In this document: positions 8,502-16,372 of the stretch, piece by piece
How the letters are laid out: the number at the start of each line of letters is the position of its first letter
How positions within the stretch are numbered: position 1 is the stretch's first letter
Source of the DNA: an uncultured Spirochaetia bacterium
Lineage (GTDB): Bacteria; Spirochaetota; UBA12135; COTS27; CAZFAK01
DNA: 39,613 nucleotides
Direction of reading: 5' to 3'
Assembly: GCA_964517045.1 (NCBI GenBank)
Contig: CAZFAK010000001.1
Coordinates: 1-39,613 of the forward strand
Translations under genes and position numbers: made by a program
Notes under the pieces: generated by a model
What the model was told of the DNA's origin: nothing
The model's database searches: none
The model's input: only the letters and a program-made list of their open reading frames with translations

Positions 8502-9569
8502 TTAAATAAATTTTCGCTTATGCAATGCTGCGCTTAAATATTTACCGCGTACATTAATTAAAATCTTTTTATCGCTGTAATCAGCCGGGATATAAGCCAG
8601 TCCTATATTTTTTTTCAGGGAAGGTGCGAATGTACCGCTGGTAACTGTTCCCACAGGCTGTTTTGCAAGATCATATACAGTATAATTATGACGGGCTATA
8701 CCTTTATCTTCCATAACAAAGCCGGTCAGTTTTTTGGTTTTGCCTTTAGCTATGGCTGCTGCTACTGCCTCCTTGCCGATGAAAACATCCTTGGACATAT
8801 CTACTGTCCATTTCAGCATTGCCTCCACAGGATTTACTTTATCGCTGATCTCATGACCGTAAAGGGAGAGACCCTTTTCCAGACGCAAACTGTCTCTGGC
8901 ACCCAGACCGCAGGGAGTAACACCTGCCTCCAGAAAAGCATTAAAAAGAGCAGGAGCCTGGCTTACCGGTACAAAAATCTCCACTCCCTTCTCGCCGGTA
9001 TATCCCGTAGCTGCTATATTCATCTTTTCATTGTTAAAAGTAACCTCCTGCAGTGTAAAAGAGGGCATCTCCTGTAGGGCGGGGAAAATTTTTTGTATGT
9101 AGGACCAGGCAGCTGCTCCCTGTACTGCCAGGTTTAAATACCTGGCAGAGACATCCCTGAAGCGGGCATTGAAAGCTTTTTCTTTTAGTTTTGCGGTAAA
9201 CCATTCTCTGTCTTTATCTATGTTGGCGGAATTAACAATGATAAATACCTTTTCCCGGTCCAGATAGTAACAGATAATATCATCTACAAAAGTACCGTTT
9301 TCATATAAAAGAGGCGTATATACACACCTGCCCGGGCCGGTTTGGGATAGATTGTTCGTTATAAGATAATCAACATAAGCTACTGCATCCGGTCCCTCAA
9401 TTAAAAAAGAGCCCATGTGGCCGCAGTCAAACATACCGCAATCCTGACGTACAGCCTCATGTTCTTTGATAACAGATCTATACTGAATCGGCATGGCCCA
9501 GCCGGCAAAATCAACTATACGGGCTTTATTCTTTACATGTTCATCATACAGGGCGGTTTTTTTAGGCAA
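8502..9569 (-). CDS. gcvT: Aminomethyltransferase (glycine cleavage T protein)
   Basis: The 355-aa ORF begins TALYDEHVKNKARIVDFAGWAMPIQY and lies 9 nt upstream of gcvH on the same strand. Confidence 0.93.
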   Translation of the reverse strand: MPKKTALYDEHVKNKARIVDFAGWAMPIQYRSVIKEHEAVRQDCGMFDCGHMGSFLIEGPDAVAYVDYLITNNLSQTGPGRCVYTPLLYENGTFVDDIICYYLDREKVFIIVNSANIDKDREWFTAKLKEKAFNARFRDVSARYLNLAVQGAAAWSYIQKIFPALQEMPSFTLQEVTFNNEKMNIAATGYTGEKGVEIFVPVSQAPALFNAFLEAGVTPCGLGARDSLRLEKGLSLYGHEISDKVNPVEAMLKWTVDMSKDVFIGKEAVAAAIAKGKTKKLTGFVMEDKGIARHNYTVYDLAKQPVGTVTSGTFAPSLKKNIGLAYIPADYSDKKILINVRGKYLSAALHKRKFI

Positions 9570-9693
9570 AATATCTCCTTTAAATAAAAATATAAGGTAT
9601 CCCTGAAAAGGCTAATAGGTTACAATGTTTTGGGGAATATTTCAAATATAAAAAATCCTGCTGTAGAAAAAAATAAAAAAAACACTTAAAACG

Positions 9694-9722
9694 TTTACAT
9701 TTTATTATTAACATAGTACAAT
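9694..9722 (+). promoter_or_regulatory. Putative sigma70-type promoter TTTACA-N17-TACAAT
   Basis: The hexamers lie at 9694..9699 and 9717..9722 with a 17-nt spacer. The site faces the hairpin at 9777..9816 and the gene at 9901. Confidence 0.4.
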
Positions 9723-9727
9723 GTAGT

Positions 9728-9817
9728 ATTACAAATTTCATAAAAAATTTTAACAAAATTGTGTATTTGGGAGGGGAATATATCCGGATACAGACCTGTA
9801 TCCGGATATATTTTTTC
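9728..9817 (+). ncRNA. Candidate ~90-nt small RNA or prematurely terminated 5' leader
   Basis: The span is bounded by the promoter at 9694..9722 and the hairpin plus T-tract at 9777..9816. It has no ORF or ATG and contains a purine-rich GGGAGGGG at 9769..9776. The ends are predicted only. Confidence 0.3.
9777..9816 (+). terminator. Perfect 16-bp hairpin (4-nt loop) followed by a T-run; equally two copies of the self-complementary decamer TATCCGGATA
   Basis: AATATATCCGGATACA (9777..9792) and TGTATCCGGATATATT (9797..9812) are exact reverse complements, with loop GACC and T6 at 9811..9816. The decamer occurs at 9781..9790 and 9799..9808. Only the + strand has a trailing T-run. Confidence 0.5.
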
Positions 9818-9833
9818 ACTTAATTAATTTCCA

Positions 9834-9862
9834 TTGCTTTTTTACTACAAAAATTGTATAAT
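9834..9862 (+). promoter_or_regulatory. Putative sigma70-type promoter TTGCTT-N17-TATAAT for the 9901 gene cluster
   Basis: The hexamers lie at 9834..9839 and 9857..9862, about 38 nt upstream of the ATG at 9901. An AGGAAA RBS lies at 9890..9895. Confidence 0.45.
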
Positions 9863-9900
9863 TATATATTCAATTCTTAAAAATACTGACAGGAAACTCT

Positions 9901-10728
9901 ATGAAAAAAATATGTCTTACAAATGTTATTTTACTCCTACAGCTTGCTGTATTATTTGCCGGAAGTGAAAAAAAACATGTCGGCGTACTCCAGTTTGAAG
10001 CTAAAGGTATATCAGAGAATGAAGCATCCTCTGTAAACGAACTTTTCACCTCTGACCTGGTAGCTACCGGCCGCTTCGTTGTACTTGACCGGGCCAATAT
10101 GAATAAAGTACTGGCTGAACAGGAGTTTCAAAATTCAGGCTGTACCGGTACGGCCTGTGCTGTGCAGATTGGCAAGATTCTAAACATGCAGTATATGTTT
10201 ACCGGCACGGTTATGAAAGTAGGCGCAAGTATGGTTATTTCTATTAAAATGATCAATGTCGAGAGTTCCCAGATAGAAGATTCGAAAAAAGAAACAGTTA
10301 AAAGCGCGGATCAGTACGCAGCAGCTACCAAAAAAATTGCAGTGCGTTTTGCCACTGGCAAGAAAGATATGATAGAGATCAAGGAACCCTTTAACGGTAA
10401 AGCCTTTCTTATAACGAGCGGCTTAACTATGGGTACTACAGCAGGTATATTTAATATACTGGGTTTTGCTTTTGCTGATAAACTGGACCAAAAAAAAACA
10501 CTTTATGAAGAAGCTGTTGATTCTGACAAAATAGAAACATATTATAACGATTACGAGAGCTACCGTAAAAAAGCAAACAGCTTTTATATTATCTCCTGGG
10601 CCGGGTATGGTGCAGGCGCCGGACTTTTACTGTGGGGGCTTTTGTCCAATTCCAGGGACGATATCATAACTATGATACCCCGTCTGTCCCGGCGGCAAGT
10701 AAAAATTACCTTAAACCGGCGTTATTAA
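9901..10728 (+). CDS. CsgG/LpoB-like periplasmic-domain protein with two C-terminal TM helices
   Basis: A signal peptide is followed by VGVLQFEAKGISENEASSVNELFTSDLVATGRFVVLDRANMNKVLAEQEFQNSGC...IGKILNMQYMFTGTV. This follows the CsgG/LpoB/FlgO-type pattern. The C-terminus has two hydrophobic helices. Confidence 0.55.
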   Translation: MKKICLTNVILLLQLAVLFAGSEKKHVGVLQFEAKGISENEASSVNELFTSDLVATGRFVVLDRANMNKVLAEQEFQNSGCTGTACAVQIGKILNMQYMFTGTVMKVGASMVISIKMINVESSQIEDSKKETVKSADQYAAATKKIAVRFATGKKDMIEIKEPFNGKAFLITSGLTMGTTAGIFNILGFAFADKLDQKKTLYEEAVDSDKIETYYNDYESYRKKANSFYIISWAGYGAGAGLLLWGLLSNSRDDIITMIPRLSRRQVKITLNRRY

Positions 10729-10737
10729 AATATTAAA

Positions 10738-12210
10738 ATGAAAAACTGTTTTTTACTTTTTCTTTTCTTTATCCTGGCAGGTACAGGCTTTTCCTGCCTG
10801 CATACTGACCAGCTTTCCCATACCAATCCGCTTGATCCTGATAATCCTGACAACACCAACAGTAATCCTGATAATAACGCCCCGGTTATAGGTTCTTTTA
10901 CCGCCACACCCTCAACCCTGGACAAACACCAGACAGCCACCCTGGAAGTAACCGCACAGGATATTGACCAGGATAACCTTACTTATACTTACAATATTAC
11001 ATCCGGTAAAGGCAAGCTTGGCGGCAGCAGCGGCAATATAGAATCTTTTACCGCCTCCAATACCGGCGGTACGGTTGATATAGAAGTAACAGTTAATGAC
11101 ACTAAAGGCGGCAGTGACAGTGCGACGGTTACAGTTACTGTTAACCCCTCCTGGGTAAGGTTAGGCAGCATACTTTCCGAACAAAATCCTTCGGCTTTGG
11201 AGATCGCAATCAGTATGCAAAATCAAGTCTATATTGCTTTTAATGACCCGCGCAACCTGCAAAATGTCGTATGTGTAAAAAAATTAAGTAACGCTGTCTG
11301 GGTTAATGTCGGCACACCTGTAAATGTTGACACCCAGAAACTGGATCTGGAGCTTGACTTTAATAATACCCCCTATATAGTATACAAGGACAGTTCCCGC
11401 ATCACAGTACGGCGTTATACCAATAACAGCTGGCAGCTCGTTGGTGCTGCGCAGAGTATCTCAATAGATTCCCCGCGCACTACACCTGATCTGGAATTTA
11501 CCCAAAACAACACGCCCTATCTGGCCTTTGCCGATTACGGCAGCAACAAAAATATCCGGCTTATGCGCTTCAACGGATCAGAATGGGTACAGACAGCACC
11601 GCTGCTGCCGCCAAACGGAACCAATGATGTGGATGTTGCCGAGCTGGAGATTGACAGTCAGAACCGGATTTTTATAGCCTTTACCACCAACGGCTCAGTC
11701 AATGACGGCCTTTATATAAAAGAATGGACCGGAAGCAGCTGGCTGTATCTCTCAGGCAATACCGGCTCCTACGGCACTAAAATACCTCTCAGTGACGCAC
11801 CTGTACAAAGCGCTGACTTCATTATCAGGGAAGAAACACTTTTTGCCTGCGTAAGAAAAAACGACGGCGGCAATCAGCAGCTCTCTGCCCTGGAATACGA
11901 CCCGACCATGTGGGAGCTGCGCGGCAGTGAAGATTTTACAGCTGATGCCTTTGGTAAACCATCGCTAGCTTTTGATACAAGCGGCCGGCTGCATGCCTTA
12001 TTCTGGGACAATAACAATAATCAGCGCCCGGGTATTATGCGCTACAACGGCGGCATGTGGGAATATATTGACTATAGCAGCTTTAACAATGCCGTAAACC
12101 AGGCCGGGGTAGCTGATATGGAATGCGCTATTGATCAAAACGATATAATATATATATTAACTACAGATAATGACGAAAGTGGAAGGGCTGTTGTCTACGC
12201 CTACAATTAA
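10738..12210 (+). CDS. Lipoprotein, Ig/PKD-like domain plus seven-repeat (propeller-like) domain, paralog 1
   Basis: The 490-aa ORF has a lipobox-like AGTGFSC and an LSHTNPLDPDNPD segment. An Ig-like block follows (APVIGSFTATP...VTVTVN), then seven repeats of roughly 45-55 aa, each opening with W-x-x-hydrophobic. Confidence 0.75.
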   Translation: MKNCFLLFLFFILAGTGFSCLHTDQLSHTNPLDPDNPDNTNSNPDNNAPVIGSFTATPSTLDKHQTATLEVTAQDIDQDNLTYTYNITSGKGKLGGSSGNIESFTASNTGGTVDIEVTVNDTKGGSDSATVTVTVNPSWVRLGSILSEQNPSALEIAISMQNQVYIAFNDPRNLQNVVCVKKLSNAVWVNVGTPVNVDTQKLDLELDFNNTPYIVYKDSSRITVRRYTNNSWQLVGAAQSISIDSPRTTPDLEFTQNNTPYLAFADYGSNKNIRLMRFNGSEWVQTAPLLPPNGTNDVDVAELEIDSQNRIFIAFTTNGSVNDGLYIKEWTGSSWLYLSGNTGSYGTKIPLSDAPVQSADFIIREETLFACVRKNDGGNQQLSALEYDPTMWELRGSEDFTADAFGKPSLAFDTSGRLHALFWDNNNNQRPGIMRYNGGMWEYIDYSSFNNAVNQAGVADMECAIDQNDIIYILTTDNDESGRAVVYAYN

Positions 12211-12221
12211 AAGGAAAAAAT

Positions 12222-13709
12222 ATGCCTAAACATTTTTTATTTTTTTTTTCTTCTTTTTTTCTTCTGCTATTTTTCAGTTCATGCCTTAAAAAAAATAAAC
12301 TATCCCATACCAATCCCTATGATCCGCAAAGTCCTGATTATACCAACCTTACAGCTACTAACAGGGCTCCAGTCATTAACTCTTTTACCGCCACAGCATA
12401 CACAATTGATAAAAAGAGCCAGACCATACTGAATGTCAACGCCGCGGATCCTGATAATGATACACTTCTATATTCCTACAGTATTATCAGCGGCCAGGGT
12501 ATATTAGGAGGCAACAGCGGCAGTTCGGAAACCTTTACAGCTACCAATAAAAGCGGCAGTGTTACCATCCAGGTGAATGTCAGCGACACTAACGGCAGCG
12601 TTGTTTCGGAAAGCCTGGTTATATCTGTGCGCAAATCCTGGGTTTTGGTAGGCGGTACTCTGCGCGACCAGAACAATACCCTCAAACATGCGGAAATAGC
12701 CCTTGATTCCCAGAATAACATTTACATCGCTTATTATTCCGACGGTTCTCCTGCAAAATTTTTTGTAAAAAAATATGAAAATGGAGCCTGGACCAATGTA
12801 GGCGCCCCGGTTGAGGATAACGGTTATGGTCTGGATATGGAACTTGATAAAAACAGCACCCCTTATATTGCTTATAAAGAAGCACACCCGGAAAACAAAA
12901 TAACAGTACGCTGTTATACCAACAGCTCCTGGACAGTAGTCGGCAGTGAAAACAGCATTGCCAGCGGCGATGTCCGCTGGGATATATTTGATCTTGAGTT
13001 TGATCATAACAATACTCCGTCGCTGGCTTTTGCAGATACCGGCAGCAATGACTGTGTCCGTTTTGTACAGTTCAGCGGCGGTTTCTGGCAGCAGATTGGT
13101 GCTACCCTGCCCGCACAAACCAATACCAACAGTGTTCAAAGTGTTGACCTGGAGTTTGACGCTGACGGAACACCTTATATCGCTTACACAACCAATGGCG
13201 TTTCAGTAAAAAAGCTGAATAAAACTACTACCAACTGGGAATTTATAGCAACTAATAACCTTGCCCGGGGAAGTGAACATATAAGCGGTCTGGAGACAGG
13301 AGCCGGCAGTGTGGATCTTTTTATAGATGAGTATCAGCTCTATTTCTGTATGGAAAAAGCCGCCGCTTCCCAGCTCTGTTTTCTGGAATATACTACTGAC
13401 AGCTGGCAGATTACAGGCCAGATCGGTTTTACGCCTGATTCAGCTGAAGGGCCGTGCATCGCTTTTGATTCTGCAGGAGTCCCTTATGTTTCCTTCTGGG
13501 ACTATAATAATCAGGACGGCGGCTGGACTCTTCCCGGCATTATGAGTTATCAGGGCAGCAGCTGGGAATATCTCAACTTTACCTCTTTTAACCAGACAGC
13601 TACCCCTATGTATGGTCATGATACCCCCTGTGTTATCAGTACTAATGATATACCCTATATTGTTTACCCTGGTAATGATTATAAAATCAGAGTACTGGCT
13701 TATCTATAG
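12222..13709 (+). CDS. Lipoprotein, Ig/PKD-like domain plus seven-repeat (propeller-like) domain, paralog 2
   Basis: The 495-aa ORF has the same architecture and motifs as 10738..12210 (FFSSC lipobox, LSHTNPYDPQSPD, APVINSFTAT, seven W-initiated repeats). AAGGAAA RBS. Confidence 0.75.
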   Translation: MPKHFLFFFSSFFLLLFFSSCLKKNKLSHTNPYDPQSPDYTNLTATNRAPVINSFTATAYTIDKKSQTILNVNAADPDNDTLLYSYSIISGQGILGGNSGSSETFTATNKSGSVTIQVNVSDTNGSVVSESLVISVRKSWVLVGGTLRDQNNTLKHAEIALDSQNNIYIAYYSDGSPAKFFVKKYENGAWTNVGAPVEDNGYGLDMELDKNSTPYIAYKEAHPENKITVRCYTNSSWTVVGSENSIASGDVRWDIFDLEFDHNNTPSLAFADTGSNDCVRFVQFSGGFWQQIGATLPAQTNTNSVQSVDLEFDADGTPYIAYTTNGVSVKKLNKTTTNWEFIATNNLARGSEHISGLETGAGSVDLFIDEYQLYFCMEKAAASQLCFLEYTTDSWQITGQIGFTPDSAEGPCIAFDSAGVPYVSFWDYNNQDGGWTLPGIMSYQGSSWEYLNFTSFNQTATPMYGHDTPCVISTNDIPYIVYPGNDYKIRVLAYL

Positions 13710-13798
13710 CTACATACTTAAAATTTTCTGCATAATTTCTTTTTATGTTTGTTATTATTATATAAAGAGAGAAACATTATCTTTCCCAGGGAGTGTTT

Positions 13799-15508
13799 AT
13801 GCGTAAAATAATATTAACCGTCGGTTCTTTTTTTATATTACTCAACATAAAAATATTTGCCTTTCAGGTAGTACTGGTAACAGCTGATCCTATGACCTCC
13901 AATGATATCCATATTGAAACGGAAATCAGCTCTCTTTTTGGTACACCGCTTTACCAATACGGCAACCAGGATCCCACCGGCAATATAAATAGCGGCGATG
14001 TTGTATATATAACAGCTGACGCTGATATAAGCATGTATGCTTCCATGTATGAAAGTCTGCCTAACGGTATAGTAGTAGCTAACAGCGCTGCGCTGGAGAT
14101 GTTATATTTATGTTCCACAGGTGACAGCGGTACAGACTACGGTATAATGGGGACAGTGCAAAACAGCACCCATGAGATATGTCAGGGGTTAAGCGGTACC
14201 ATATCACTTCTCAATAACTCAGCTTCCAGAATAATCTGTCATCCGGCTAATGACGGTCAATTTTTAATCAGTACTTACAGCAATACATCTAACTGTGTAA
14301 CAGCTGCTTTTACGCAGAACGCTTTAATGGCCGGGGGCTATACAGCAACCGGCCGGCGAGCCAGTTTTTATTTTAAAACCGGCACACTCTCCCCTGATGG
14401 GATTACTATCTTGAGTAATGTCATACTCTGGGCTGCAGGCAGTACCGGCGGCAGCAGTTCCTCAATCAACAGCAGTTTTCCTGTCAACTCTTCATCCAGC
14501 GTATTCTTTTCATCTACGTCTACAGCGGGCAATTCCAGTTCCGGCGGCAGTGATACCCAGGCTCCCTGGCTTGATATCCATAACAGTGTTGAAATGGAAA
14601 GCGGCCTCGACTCTCTTACCAATACCTTTAGCCTTTCCGGCACTGTTACAGACAACAGCCCGGTTGAATGGGCTGATTTACAATTTACCACCACTGTAAA
14701 CGGAACTAACTGGATCAGTGAATATATGCCCCTGTCATGGGACCAAAGTGGATTTTGGGAAAAAACAAACATTAATCTGGATGTGCCTGTGGGTGTATAT
14801 AGTTTAACTATCAGATTAAATGCTGCTGATATACATGGTAATGAAAATCCCTTTTACGCCTCAAATATTCTTTTTGTAAAGGAAACTCCGCCGGACACGC
14901 AACCGCCGACAGCTGCTGTTACCAATCCTGTGCCTGGAGCAATTATAACCGGTGCTAAAAATTCTCTGGTTTTCAGCGGAACCTGCAGTGATGAACGAAG
15001 CGGTATCAGCAATATTACCCTTTATATCTATAATATTGAGAGTTATAATATAACTTTGCCGGCACAGATCAATAACAACAGCTGGAATTGCACCTGGGAT
15101 ATCAGCAACATTGCTCAAAACGATTATAATTACTATATAGAATGTATTGATCAGGCGGGAAACCAGTATATATCCCCATCTGCGATGTTAACCTATATTG
15201 AAAATTCGTTTCAAATCAGTAAAAAACAAAGAGCCATAGCTTATAATAGTGTCATTGATTTAGATAAAAATCCTGTTTTACAGCTACCTTTTGTAAAAGA
15301 TAGTAATGATCAGAACATTACCTTTACTTTATACAATAAAGAAGGAAAAATAATATATACAAAAGAACAGCCAATTACCAGATTCAACAGCTCTGATCCG
15401 GTATTTGTCTGGCGTAATATACCGGAAGAACTAGCTGCCGGCCACTATTTTGCCAGGCTGAATGGAAGTAACTGGGAAAAAATACTGTTGATAATACTTA
15501 CCAGATAG
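13799..15508 (+). CDS. Secreted multi-domain protein: unknown N-terminal domain, Ser-rich linker, Ig-like domains, FlgD-Ig/T9SS-like C-terminal domain
   Basis: I prefer the ATG at 13799 (GGGAG 6 nt upstream) over the GTG at 13793. A signal peptide is followed by the linker GGSSSSINSSFPVNSSSSVFFSSTSTAGNSSSGG. Ig-like units open with DTQAP.. and DTQPPTA... The C-terminal tail is ITFTLYNKEGKIIY...AGHYFARLNGSNWEKILLII. Confidence 0.75.
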   Translation: MRKIILTVGSFFILLNIKIFAFQVVLVTADPMTSNDIHIETEISSLFGTPLYQYGNQDPTGNINSGDVVYITADADISMYASMYESLPNGIVVANSAALEMLYLCSTGDSGTDYGIMGTVQNSTHEICQGLSGTISLLNNSASRIICHPANDGQFLISTYSNTSNCVTAAFTQNALMAGGYTATGRRASFYFKTGTLSPDGITILSNVILWAAGSTGGSSSSINSSFPVNSSSSVFFSSTSTAGNSSSGGSDTQAPWLDIHNSVEMESGLDSLTNTFSLSGTVTDNSPVEWADLQFTTTVNGTNWISEYMPLSWDQSGFWEKTNINLDVPVGVYSLTIRLNAADIHGNENPFYASNILFVKETPPDTQPPTAAVTNPVPGAIITGAKNSLVFSGTCSDERSGISNITLYIYNIESYNITLPAQINNNSWNCTWDISNIAQNDYNYYIECIDQAGNQYISPSAMLTYIENSFQISKKQRAIAYNSVIDLDKNPVLQLPFVKDSNDQNITFTLYNKEGKIIYTKEQPITRFNSSDPVFVWRNIPEELAAGHYFARLNGSNWEKILLIILTR

Positions 15509-15799
15509 AGATATTACCGCAAAATAATTTTCCTAAATTTCCAATTTTGTTTTTTAAAGAGTATACAATTCTTGTATAGTTACAATCTTTTAAAAAACAT
15601 AAATTTATCAGAGGATGCGGGTTTTTAAAACTGTAAAAATTCTTGTCCGGCAACATCCTGACCGGTTTAACCGGAACAGGTGTTCTGCTACAGCCGTTAT
15701 ATTTTCTCTTGATCTATAACTTTATTAAAAACTGTAGTATCAAATGCAAAATAATAAAATTTTACGGAACTTAAATTCACACCCGTATCAGGAAAATAA

Positions 15800-15828
15800 T
15801 TGCGTTTTTAAATCCTGAAGGGTATAAT
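15800..15828 (+). promoter_or_regulatory. Putative sigma70-type promoter TTGCGT-N17-TATAAT for the lepB operon
   Basis: The hexamers lie at 15800..15805 and 15823..15828. An AAT/ATA-rich microsatellite-like run follows at 15829..15846, then AAGGGAGGGAGAG and the GTG start at 15867. Confidence 0.5.
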
Positions 15829-15866
15829 AATTATAATAATAATAATTTAGCTTAAGGGAGGGAGAG

Positions 15867-16370
15867 GTGTTTGCCTTTCTTAAAAAAGGTCTGCTGCCGG
15901 GCATAATTATCATAATCCTTATCACAGTCAGATACAGTTTTTTCACCACTGCAGAGGTTAAATCTTTTTCCATGTCCCCTTTACTGAAAAGGGGGGATCA
16001 CATTATAGCCTTTAACTTTTTTCAACGCCGTAACATCCCCCGTCAGAGTATTGTATTGCTGCGCTGCCGGCAGCAGACCAGTAAAAAATATGATTATCTG
16101 GTAAAACAGATCATCGGCCGGGCCGGTGATACTGTGCAGATATGTAACGGCAATGTTAAAATAAACAATAAAAAATTAAAGGAAACAGGTATTCTTAAAG
16201 ACTGCACTGACTGGGGGCCTCTAAAACTAAGCCGGGACGAATATTTTGTCCTGGGTAATTTCCGCACGATGAGTATTGACTCGCGCCAGTTTGGTCCGGT
16301 TAAAAAAAATGAGATAGAGGGACTGATCTTTGCTGTTTATTACCCTTTTCCCAGAATTAAGTTTTTTTAA
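15867..16370 (+). CDS. lepB: Signal peptidase I
   Basis: The 167-aa ORF has the Ser box SFSMSPLLKRGD, the Lys box VKQIIGRAGDTV and GNFRTMSIDSRQFGPV. It uses a GTG start with a strong RBS. Confidence 0.85.
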   Translation: MFAFLKKGLLPGIIIIILITVRYSFFTTAEVKSFSMSPLLKRGDHIIAFNFFQRRNIPRQSIVLLRCRQQTSKKYDYLVKQIIGRAGDTVQICNGNVKINNKKLKETGILKDCTDWGPLKLSRDEYFVLGNFRTMSIDSRQFGPVKKNEIEGLIFAVYYPFPRIKFF

Positions 16371-16372
16371 AT

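Noticed and set aside
9570-9900. A glycine riboswitch was expected upstream of gcvT, and upstream of gcvP at 5095..5140.
   Set aside because: I found no GGAGAG...CACCGAAGGGGCAA-type aptamer core on either strand, and the gcvP spacer is only 46 nt. This is visual inspection only, so an Infernal scan would be decisive.
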